This document shows positions 23,404-35,400 of a stretch of 64,000 nucleotides of DNA, in pieces. Made by a program: the position numbers and the translations under genes. The notes beneath the pieces are model-generated. The model was not told the origin of the DNA. It searched no databases and worked only from the letters and a program-made list of their open reading frames with translations. Position 1 is the stretch's first letter. Each line of letters starts with the position of its first letter. The stretch lies in contig CAJINV010000002.1 of the NCBI GenBank assembly GCA_905178155.1, forward strand, positions 10,459,455 through 10,523,454. The letters are read 5' to 3'. This DNA is from Amoebophrya sp. A120 (taxonomy: Eukaryota > Protista > Dinoflagellata).

Positions 23404-26400
23404 TCAGAACCGGCCCCCTCGCGTCGAGTGCCGGCTTCCTGGACGGCTTGGTGACACTACCGGCGGCTTGAAGATGTCCAACAATTGTGATCGGATGTCT
23501 TCCGACAGACCCTGCGTTTGCATCACCTGCTGGCGCAACTGCGGCAGGACCGTGTCACGTACGGACGGTGGCGCATCCTGAAAGGAGGATAGCGCAGCGC
23601 GCGGTGCCTCCAAAACGTCGTCGGACGAAGACGACCCGGATTTGGCGAATGGCCCCCTCCCGTGCAGAAACGTCAAGCCGCCCCCACCGCCACCGCCGGC
23701 GCTGCCGTAGCGCTCCATGCTGCTCACACCACCGGAGAGTTCGATGCCGCGCTGCCGATCCGGGTAGGTGACAGAGCTCCTGATGTCCGCTTGCGTTTCG
23801 AGAAATTTCGACAGCGGGCTCACGTCCGGCTGCGCCGCTGCGTTTCGTGTGCTCAGGTGGCCGCGCGAACGGGACGACAAATTATTGCTCTGGACGGCCG
23901 AAACTGCAATGAGGAATTAAGTAAGTGTGTTCAGAGTATGTCTCATTTCTGTAGCTGGCAAATGGAGGACATCATTGATCTACAAATAAAGATAAACACA
24001 AGCTGCGTACTGCATTGGAGTTCTGTTTCAAACCAGACAAGGAATTGACATCAAGTACGTTCTCGCTTCGTCTCTTTCAGTAGTTGCGAGAGCGGGCTGC
24101 CATCTTGGGACGGATCTGCGACCTCGGACACGTCATCGATTGCCAACTCGTAATTTCGCGTAAAAGACGCAAATGGATCGTCGAGTCCGTCGTTTGCAGA
24201 CGCCGCACCGCGGGATATCCCACCACGACCACCGGCTATGTTTAGTACGTGGTGCGTCGCCGCCCCTGTACCACCACGGCCGGGTCTACTGGCGGCACTG
24301 GTCCCCCGGGAGCCCGCGGCTGCCGTGCCGTGGTCCTCCCGAATACTCCGCAACGCCTCGACTGCGTCCTCCAGTCGATGTAAAGACGCCACAAAGTTCT
24401 GCGGCTTCCTACCACCAGTCTCGCCGGACTGTGACGCACTGTCTTCCTGACTATATACCTCTGCGTCCTCACCTCTCGTCCTCGCCGGCTCGATCTGATC
24501 AAATGTCCCCCCACCGAGCATCTGTGGCGTCGCCGCGCGGTCCAGGGTTCGTTTGCGCGACGCTCGTCTGGCCGAAGCTCTCGCAGTACCTGGTGCGGCC
24601 TCTTCCCCTTTCTCGTCCTGGGTTTCGAGCAGGATCTCTTTCTCCGTGCCAGCGATTTCCGGCGGCAGCGAGTACCTGCCAACGATCTCGTCCAGACTGC
24701 TGCTCTTCTCGCGGAGCATGCGCTGCATGCGCTTCTGTTGCGTGTCAAAGTCCACTTCGCTGTTGGTTTCCGTCTCACTGCGGATGGTGGCGCCAAAAAG
24801 CGGCTTGCTTCCGCGATCCTCCACGACGACCGTGTTTTCGCCCGCGTCTCCGCCCGCTTCCAAGACCGAGGAGGAGTCGTCGCCGTCCATGACCACGGGC
24901 GCGACCGACTTGGAAAATGGCGGGTTCTTTAGGAACGCGCCCGCGCTCGTCCGCGAGAACGTATCTTCGGGGATGCGCAAAAAAGTGTTGGTCTTCCTGT
25001 TTTTGTAGAACACTGGCTGCGGCTGACGGGTCGGTACGTAGATTTTCGACCCCTTGTTGCCCGCCTTGTCCCCGTCTGTACTTGCCGGCGGAATCTGTTC
25101 GTAACTGTTGGTTTCTTCGTTGAGCAAAAACCGCTCGTCCGGGATCTTTGAGAACGTGCCATCGCGATTCCGCACGTAGCTGTTCGGCGGGGTCACGGTT
25201 TGCGCGAAAAACGGCCCGCGTTGCAAAAGCTCCTTCGGATCCGCGGCACTTGCATCGGAAAGTATCTGCGAGAAATCTTCGTTGTCGTTACCTGGTTGTA
25301 TCTGACCCTGCCGATCGTTTTCCTCCTGCATCAAGAGGCCGCTTCTACTGTGACTTCTACTTCGTTGGCCTTGCATCGGAGGTCGGTCATCAACTTCCAG
25401 TGCGCCGGACGAGCGCCCTGGACGTAGACCTATCGTGGGCGGGATGCCTACCCACGGGGTGAAGTTTCCGTCGTCGTTTTGCAAGAAGAGATTTGGAGGC
25501 AACACCTCGAAGTACTCGGTTAGATGCGACGTCGCCGCAGGCCCCCTCGCGGATCCAGCGCCCGCCCTGCTTCGCACTTTGTAGAACAGGGGCGTTTGCT
25601 CCAGGGTGTTCTGCCGACTGAGCGGACTGGACGGCAGTGCGGTGGAGGCAGGAGGGAGAAACAGCTCCTCGAACAACTCATGGGTTCGCATTTCGGACGA
25701 CTGACGGATTGACCCGGACGTGACCCTTTGCTCAGTGTCTGGCTTTTTGACGAACCTGCCACGTTGGTCGCGTCGGTACGCGCCGTCCGGGTGCAGAGAA
25801 AATCGCTCGGGCGGGATCGGCACGTACTCCCTCGCGGAGTTTTTGTAATACAACTCCTCCGGAACGGGCACATACGCGTTGCCTCGTTCGTCCCGGTAGA
25901 AAATTCGCGGTTCTGCGGAAATCGACTTCGACGGCGAGCGGCTGCTGGTCGCTGAGCCAGACGCGTGGCCATTGTTTCCAGAAAAGTCCAATCTTTCGAT
26001 GGAGAGGGACGATCGGTGATCCGGATTCTTTTCGTACACCACCTCCTGGACCACCACAGGCGAAAAACTCGTGGTCGACGCCGGGTCCCAGGTCACCGAA
26101 GATGAGGCCTTGTTCTTCACCCGACGGCGGTACGTGGTTTCGGGAACCGGAACGAAGGTTGTTGTAGTTGGGGCTGCTGGATCGGCGCTGGTGGAAGAAG
26201 TTGCGGCTTTGTAATAAAGCATTTCTGGCATCTTCACATATCTGTCGCCGCTCTTCACGTATGCCCCACGCGGATCTTCAGTGTACTGCCACTCTGCGCC
26301 GGTGCCCCGCCGCTCCCGGCGAAACGTCACCTTCGGCACGCGGCTGTAGTTGCCCCTGGCGTCACGGACGTAGAGCTGTTCGGGAATCGGCTCGAACTCC

Positions 26401-29400
26401 GTTCCATTTTTTGCAAAAGAGTCGTACGGCGGGCGACGCTGGGCAACGGAGTCAGGATCGATTGTCAGGCCGCTAGACGACGGCGGTATCATCATGTTGC
26501 GGTGTAGTTGTTGTATTGGAGTTTGTGGTCCCGCTCCAGATTGGTCACTGAACATGGAGGCGGCACCAGCGACTCCTGGCTCCTCCGCTACTGGGAAGAG
26601 CTGCTGCGCGTCTCGCATTCGCGAGGGCATCGCGGGCGTCGCCTGCTCATCTGCAGCAGGGTAGTTGCGAAAACTCAATAGTCTCGGATCCTCCGCCACC
26701 ACGAATCTGGAGTCACCGGCCAGCGAGCTCTCGAGCGCCTTGACGCGCGCACTGCGGTCGTGGGTACGAATTTGCGGCGTTTGATTCTCAGGGTGTGCTG
26801 TGGGAAACGAGGACGAGAGCGGCGGAAACGACACGTCGCCAAAAATCCTACTTCTACTAGCACTACTGGCCTGTTGTGAGTTTCTCGCTGCTTTCTCCTC
26901 CACTTCAGCCTGAAACATATAGTCCATTTGCTTCGCCAGCAGCCTTATCTTTCCCTGTTTGTCCAAAACCGGGCCTCCCTCGCGGATGAGCTTCTCGGGG
27001 GACACCAAATTTGGCTCATGTATCCCAGCGGGCGTGTCGGTGGCCGCGCCGAAGTTTGGTGGACGAACGAAGAAAGAATGTGTTCCGATGGTCTGCTTCT
27101 GGAGTTTGGAAACCGCAATAGGCGGTTCATCCGCAAGCGCGCTGGAGAACACGGCCGTGCTGTCCCAGTTTGAAGACGTGAACGGCTTTCTGTTTTTCTC
27201 GTCGACGACCGGCTTCACTGTCACGATCCGACCACTCACGTCGCGCAGTTGCTGGCCTCCCTTCTTACTGTTGCGCACCAGTTCCGTCGCGGACAGAGGC
27301 TTTCCGTCGATATCCACGAAGGCCTTGCCGTCGCGCAGGAGCGCTTTTGTTGGAACGTACTTCTGCGTTTTTACGTCGATCAGGCTCTTGACCCCCTCTT
27401 CTCGCAGGATGTTTGCGATGGCGAGCCGACGCCCCGTTGTCCGGTCGATGCCGGTCCCACCAGCGGAGGCAAGTTCTCTTAGTTGCACCGTTTTCTGGGC
27501 ACTTCTTTCCTTGCCAGCGGAGGGATCCTCGCCTGCCAGGAAAACGCCCGGGACACGGCCGACGACTTGCAGCTGCTCTGGGTATACCAGTGTTTCCCCG
27601 TCGGCGGATACGAATTCGCCGTCGTAGCGTGCGGCACGCTTGACCGCGACTACGCGATTGTTGCGGTCCAAAACTTCTCCCCCAGCTTCCGCCAAATCCG
27701 CCGCGGAGACCGGACGCGCAGGGGAACTCCTGCTTTCGGGAACAAGGAAAACTTCGGCCCCGTCGACGTTTCTTCGCTGCAGGTTGGTCTTCGGGATTTT
27801 CCCGCCGTCCGTGAGCACGAAGACTTCCTCGTTCTCCGCAGGCAGAACTGCAACCGGGTTTCCGTTCAGATCCAAAACCGTGCCCCCAGATCTGCGCAAG
27901 ACGTGTTCTGGTATGGTCGTTGTGGGGGAGAAGGCGTCCAAAAAGTGGTTGGTCGCTGGGTCACGCTGCAGGATTCTCGCGGAGACCCGCTGGTAGCTTT
28001 TGTCGAAGAAGTCCTCGCTTACGGACGGTTGGAGCGAGACAACGGCACCCTGAAGATCGAGCACCTCGCCGCCGAGCTGCTCCAAGCGCTCGGGAGACAC
28101 CGGGCGCCCCGTCGGCGACAGAATCAAATCGTCAAAGGTTCCGGTCTTTTTCAGCCGGGCCAGTGGCACTGGGGTGCCGGTGACATCTTCGAAGATAAAG
28201 CCGGTGCTTTTGGACAAGGGTAGAGAGTGTGTGCGTCGAGTACCTCGGCTCACTATTTTCGGGTGTTGATCAATCTCGGACGTAACACCGGTCTGCTTTG
28301 ACGTGGAACTCTTGGTCTGCAAAACGCTCGCCGGAATTTCGGTACCGTCCACACTGGATGCAGTTATTGCTTGTCCTTTCGATCTATCGTTTGCAGGAAA
28401 GAAGGCGCCAACTGCACCCCCGGCGGCTGCGGAAACAGATGGACTGACTGTCACGGTAGCGCCACTGACGTCAAGTATACGGCCACCAGACGTTGCGAGC
28501 TCTGCCGGCGAGATTGCTTTTCCAGGATTGTCAGCGCTCACAAAATCATCACCGCGCTTCATCAAAAGCTGCGGCACAGCAGCTCCTCTGTCCGTGCTGG
28601 CAGTTGCGCTTGTCGGAGAAGCGAATTGATGTTCCGCAGCAATCTTTCCCACGTTAGCGCCCACAAACGCCGGCCTGATATCCACAACGTGGCCGTCGAC
28701 GTCAAGCACCTTGCCGCCAGTGTGCGACATGGCAATTGGGCTGATTCGAGTCCCGTCGACGCCAACGAAATCGGCGCCGAGTCGCTGCAGTTGCGAAGCT
28801 GGGACAAGGCGCAGGATAGCACCTTCGCCGTTGCGTATTAAACCCTGGTCTTCAGGAAGTGGAGTAGCAGTTCGCAGATTCTCAGCGAATGTCAATGGTT
28901 TCGCGAAGTCCGGAAACGGCTGCACCGTCCTTCGCCGCCCGTGCAGGTCGACCACCTCTCCCCCGAAGCGAAACAGCGCGCCAGGAGAAACCACTGTCCC
29001 ATCCGCCGCGACGAAACTGGCTCCGCTTCTCTTGAGTTCTGCAACAGGCACGGTCTCGAACAGCACCGCGGGATTTTTCGTGCTGGCATCCAGCGAGGCG
29101 GCCGTCAGGACCCTGGTCGCCTTCACAGTTGTCGTTGGCAGGAAGGCAACACTAGCTTTTCCATCTGCCCCGGAAGGTAAGAGCGTAACCGCCTCTCCCT
29201 GCTTGCTCAACACGGTTCCTCCGTATTCCGCGATAAGGGCGGCGTCCACGGGTGTTGCGCCGTCCAAATCGACAAAATCGGCCCCGAGGCGCTGCAACTG
29301 TCCGACGGGCACCCGAGACTGCACCTCTCGTGCAGCCCCTGTGGAAGAAGTTGCTTTAACGGTGGCAGTAGTTGTCGTCTTCGCTTCTTGAAAAACTTCC

Positions 29401-32400
29401 GGCAGCACACTACTTTTGACATCAACGCCGATGCTGGAGGCGTTTGCCGCTGACATGGGGGCGACGGACACTGCACGACCGTCAATGTCCAGCACCTCGC
29501 CACCGAAGACGATTAATTTCTTCGCCGGCACCTGACTGCCGTCCACCGCAACGAAATCCGTTCCGTTGCGCTGCAGCCGCGTGGCCTCGATCTTCTTCAG
29601 TTTCGCCGGCAAATATCGCACGCCAGCTTCGGTTCTTTCCTGGCCCGGTAGTGTTTTTTTCTCCTCATCGTCCAAAATGTCAAAGACAAAATTTGAATTC
29701 GCCTTCGCCGGTGCACCTCCCGCTGGGTTGGAGAAGTGGTGCGCCGGCTGCAGCAAAACCCGGGCTCCGCTCAGGTCCAAAACTTCCCCGCCGTAAGTCT
29801 CTAGATCCTTTGGCGAAACCGCAGACCGCCCGTCGGCGGCAACGAAGCTGACTCCTTTTCTGCGAAGCGCCGTGATGGACACCGGGTCACGAGTGGAGGT
29901 GTCCAAAAGTCTTGTTGACAGGGAGGAAACAGACGTAGCTGTGGTCCCTTCCACTGGCAGAACCGTCACCGGGACTGCTTCTTGCTGTGAACTCCTATGA
30001 TCGACGATTGTTTTGTCCTTGACCATCAAAACTTCACCCCCGTACCGATACAAGTCCCGCGGATGAATCTCGGTGACGCCGTCCCCAGCCACAAAGTTCG
30101 CGCCTTTTCTGACGAAGTCCGTAGCGGAGTGCTTGGCCGTCAGCGGCCTAGCGCGACTTGCTGTTGGTGTAGAGATCGTGCCGGCCTGCGTTCGTGCGGA
30201 CTGGCTTCTGTCAACCACCTCGAGGTATTGAGCGCCGCCAGGCGGTGTTGTAGCCGTAGAGCTGCCGTCCCGGTGCTGCTTTGTCATTGCTCCTCCGCTG
30301 ATCATCACCGGATCTACCCGCACGGTCTTCGCGCTCTGCCCGTCTGGTTTTACTAGCCGCACCTCACCGCCGTATGCGAGAAGATCTTTCGCTGGCACCC
30401 GCGTCACACCGTCTCCGGCGACAAAATCTGCACCGAAGCGCTGCAGCTGATCGAGTTTAACTTCCTTCTGGGTGTCTGCGTCTCGAAAGGTACTGAGGTG
30501 TGGCGGCGGTATGGTGACTTGCAGCTCGGCAGGTGTAGAAGCTGCGAGGGCTTGATCTGAAAGTTTAGTTGCGTCGACGAAAACCTTCCCTCCATACCGC
30601 ATCAGATCTTCAGCTTTCACGCGACGGTATTTGCTGCCGGTGCCGTCCGGTTCAGCCGTGTCTTCAGCCGTCACAAAATCGGCTCCGAGTCGCTTCAAAT
30701 TCTCAACCTTGATATCGGACAGGTGTGCATCAGCTCCACCTGCGGTCGAAATTTGGAGTGGCCCACCACCGAGTTGTGACTTCACCAGTACCTTCCGTCC
30801 ACCTTGATCCAAAACTTCCCCGCCGAAGCGTAGCAGCCTATCAGGGGCGACATACGACCCATCGACCGCGATGAAACCTGCGCCCGAACGCTGCAGGTTC
30901 AGCGCCTCGTAGGGGCGACCAGTCCGAGCTTCGCTGAGCTGACCTAGTTGGTTCGCGCCGTCCTTTTCTGCAACGCTCACACGGCGCCCTCGCTCATCCA
31001 ACACCTCTCCGCCGAACATTGCAAGCGTTGCTGGAGCGACGAGCGACTTGTCCGCAGCCACGAAGTCACAGCCGACGCGCTGCAAATCGTCTTCGTCGGC
31101 TCCCTCTCGGTCGAACGCGGGCGCGTCAGTGCCACGAATCTTCACTACCCGGCCCTCCGTATCGAGAACCGCTCCTCCAAATCGTGCCAAATCGGCGGGC
31201 GCAACTTGCGTTCGGCCGTCCGCTGCAACGAAGTTGGCACCGCGGCGGGCGAAAGTTTCGACACGACGATTCCCCCCCACCGCATTTGCTTCTTCAGCCG
31301 GAATAACTTTGATCGCGTCTCCACCGGCAGACAACACCTCGCCGCCGAATTTGAACAGGTCGGCGGCAGGCACTCGCGCGCCGGAGCCAACTGCGACGAA
31401 CTCTGCGCCGAACCGTTTCAAATCCTCTGGCTTCAGCGTTCCGCCATCGACGGTGCGCAGGAGGCGAGGCGGCGCCCTTTCCGCGTCGAGGGGTCGGACC
31501 GAAATGCTGTTGCCACGTATGTCCAGCACAGAGCCGCCATGCAGTGCAAGTTGCTCGGCGGAGCACACACTTCCATCGGGAGCGACGAAGTCCACCCCGT
31601 TTGGTGCACGGGACAAGTCAGCGAAAGAAATTCCCCGCCGCTCGTCAATGGTGTGGAAAAATTTTGGCTGCGTCGCGATCAAGGTTTCGACCTGTACGGT
31701 CTCGCCCGACTTTGTTCTCAGGGCCTGACCGCCAAACCTGGCGACAACGCTCGCCGGAACGCGCTCGTACGTTGTAGCGGAAATGAAATCGGTGCCGATT
31801 CGCTGCAGATTCTCGACCTCTCGTTGTCGAGCGGGGTCAACACCTCGATCCGTATCGGTTGCAGCGCTGGCGTGATCGAATCCTGCACTGGTGGGTACCA
31901 CCGCTGCAGGAACAATGCTGACGACGTCTCCGTCGACGCGCGCGACCTCTCCGCCGTATCGCAGCAGGTCTGCCGGGGAAACTGGACTTCCGTCTATTGC
32001 AACGAAGCTGGTACCGATTCGCCTGAGACCTCGGTCGGAGATGCGCAGCCCGTCCGTCGTTTGCCACTGAGAGGATCGGTTTCCTCGCACTGGCACCAGC
32101 CGGTCGCGCGCCAAGGACCGCACTAACCCACCGTACTCCACCAGATCGGCGACATTCACGGCACTACCGTCTGCCGCAACGTAGGTCGGGATCCTCGCAT
32201 CGGCTTTCAGCAATGTCGCATCGGAAATCGGCTGGCCGGAGGTGTCGTCTACGAAGTACGTCTCCTTCGGCAGTGCAAGGCTGCCGATCGCCGATCCCCC
32301 TCCGGACGCCGGACCGCTAGGCTGTTGATGTTCCGTGGCAGTCCGGGATTGACTGCGCTCATCAAGCGATACCGCGACGGGCCGCACATGGAGGGCCTGG

Positions 32401-35400
32401 CCCTTGACGTCAACGACCACACCTCCAGCGTCGGTAATTTCCCTCGGAGAAATTTTTGCGCCGGTCGGGGTCAGAAAGTTCGTTCCCGACCGCTGCAGGA
32501 CCGCCGTTGGCACCGCTCGTCCCTCGTCGTCCGCGAGAGAAGTCTCCCTCAACCCCTTCAACTTTCTGGGCCGGCTGTGCAGATCGAGAACCTCTCCGCC
32601 CCATTTTGCTAGTTCCTTCCCACTAACGAGCGCGCCGTCCGTTGCGACGAAACTCCAATTGCTCTTCGGGGCAGCCACTGCGCCGGTGGACGAGAACGAA
32701 GCCTCTGGTGTAAGGCCCAGCGTCCCAGCAGTCTTCACGCGTTGCAAATTCTTTGCTGCAACCACGTTGTCGTTTATGTCGATGAACTGTTCTGGCTCCG
32801 CCCCAAAACCCTCAGAAAGTAAGGACTTTTCCTCCTCCTGCAGCACGGATTCCAGGACAGAATGCTGCCGTAGAGGCTCGATAGTGCCACTGCGTTGGGG
32901 GTGCACACGTGGCTGCACGGCGGCTGCGCGGCCTCGTATGGACACATGGCGGCCCTCGGTGTCCAGGACCTCGCCGCCCGCCTGCGCGAGCGCGACGGCA
33001 GAGATGTGCGTCCCGTCCTCGGCCCGAATGAAGTCGCCGAGTGCGGTCTGTTGCAGGGTTCGGGGGTCAACCGGTTCGTTATCCAAATCTACCAAACTTG
33101 CCACCGCTGCGCGGATCGTGACGCACTCGCCGTTCAAATCTTCGATGTCGCCGCCGTCTCGTGCGAGCGTTCTCGGCGTGACGCGGTGGCCGGTACGAAA
33201 CGCGACGAAGCTTTGCTTGTCCGGCGCCACCTTCAACCGGTTGGCTTCCACGATTCGCCCATTGGTGTCGACGAACGTGTTTTGTCGCAACGCCGCATTT
33301 ATTTCCTGTTGTCCTACCAAGGCACTCGAGGTAGATGCGCTGGAATCGTGCGAGCCCCGCAGGACGCTTTCCAACACAAATTTCCCCACCCCGTCGACCA
33401 CCTCCTGCGCCAGCGAACGGTCCGGACCGATCAGCAGGGAGGCCGACAGCGTCTGGTCCGGACGAACGAACTTGGAGTCTGCGCGCATGCTCTTTTCCAA
33501 ATGCGACTTCACACTTTCGTCCATGCGGGAGTGCGGTACCCGAGCCGAGGAAATCATCTGCGGCCCCCCGTCGGGGCGCGGTGTGATGAACTGCTGACTC
33601 CCCCCTCCTACGTTCGTCGCGGTGCTAGTATTCGGGCCACGGCCCGGCGGGTATCGTACCTGTGCGAGCTCCAACGAGGATGGACCAAACGAGCCACTCA
33701 GCTGCGGATCCACATTGGACAGATCGTTCTGTACGCGCGATTCGTCGAGCGGGGCAACCGAAAAGTCCGGCGTTTGTGCCGCGACACGCGTCGACGCTGG
33801 ACCGGGCCCGGTGCCATCGAGATGTTGACTCTCGTGGTCCCCCGTTCTTGTTAGCTCTGCTTGTCTCTGCTTCGAGGTAGGAGACAGATGCTCGGTGAGA
33901 TGCGATGAGTAGATGCGGGGCCGATCGGGACTCCGCGACCCGAGCCGGCGCGGCAACTCTTCCACTGGGATGTCTTGTATGCCCGGACGTCCAGCGACCA
34001 GCTCCAGAGGTGGCACGACCGTGTCGACCGGAAGCGGAGGTTCGCCGCGCTGCAGCCGTAATTGGTTCTCCATCAGCCGCAGCTCGCGCTCCTTCTGGTA
34101 CAGCAGCTTGTCCTTCATCTCAAAAAGGTCTTTCAGTGCGTCCTCCTTTTCGTCTCGCAACCGCTCCACCTCCTTCGTCATCTGTTGCGTGAACAGCCGG
34201 GTTTGCTCGGTCAGAAGGTCGTTGGCGCACTTCTGCTGCTCCGTAAACATCTTTTCAATGAACGGTTTGTCTTGCGGGTGCTGAGGAACCCCCTCCCGCG
34301 GCGTTGTCTGGTTGACGTTGATGTTCGTGAACCGCGGGTCCGGGCCGCGATAATGATGCTCGTGGATAGTTCCACTGGCCTGCGTCCCGGGTGGAATCGC
34401 CCTCGATACGCCAGGCGGCCCTCCTGCTCCGAACATGCCGGTCCCTGCTGCTACGGCGGACGAACTCCCGATGTCTTCGTCCTGGGAAAGCGAACCGTTG
34501 TTCACGCGTGTCCTCCCGAGCGCATCGTCAAAGTCCTCCGCCTCTGCGGAACTACCGTGTACTTGCGCGCCACCGGCATACGGATTCGTTGCATTGAGAT
34601 CGATACTTCGATTATTGCCCCCGCCGACAAAGCCAACCCCGCTTCCCCTTTTTTGGCGTCGCGCTTCCAGCATGGCTGCGCGATCCATCTTCCTGTCACC
34701 CTCGGCGCCGACGGATGCCGCGTTGTTGAGGCCAAAGGACGCGGAGTCCTGATCGCCGTCGAACATGTCGGCCCGTCGCCCCGGGGCTGCTCTCCTCTGC
34801 TCGTCTCCCGCAGTAGGAGAGCTGTTAAGACCGTTGTTACCGCCATCACCAAACACCAAGGCGGGCGCAATCCTAGTGTTCGCACCCCCACCCGCTTGCT
34901 CGACGCGACCGACGCTGGGTTCGTCGTCCTCCCCTGGCCTTCGTCGACCCCGACGCTCCGTTCTCGTGGCCCTGTCCTCTTCGCGCCGTTCAGACACGGA
35001 GCGGCCTCCACCACCACCCTGTTCCCACCACTCCGGCTGCCGGTTTTCCATTTCCTCCGCTGCGCGGCGCTTCTGCTTCTCTTCGATCTGTTTCTGCAGC
35101 TCGCCGTAGTAATCATTCTGGTCCCGCTGCCGCTTCTTCTTCAGATCGCTCGGCGACTGCGAGTCGCCCTGCCGCTCCCACCACTCGGGCTCTTTGCGCT
35201 CGCGCTTTTCCCGCTCCTTCTTCTGCTTCGCGTCCTGCTGCTGCTGCTCGAGCTCCTTGGCGTATTCCTCGCGGCGCCGGCGCTCCCGCTCCTTCGCGGC
35301 CGCCTTGTCGGCATCAGCCGCGCCCATGTTGGCAAAGAAGTTGTCCTCTTGGATGTCCCGTCCGCGGCCTCGGTTGTTCCGATTCTTGTCCTTCGGGCTG

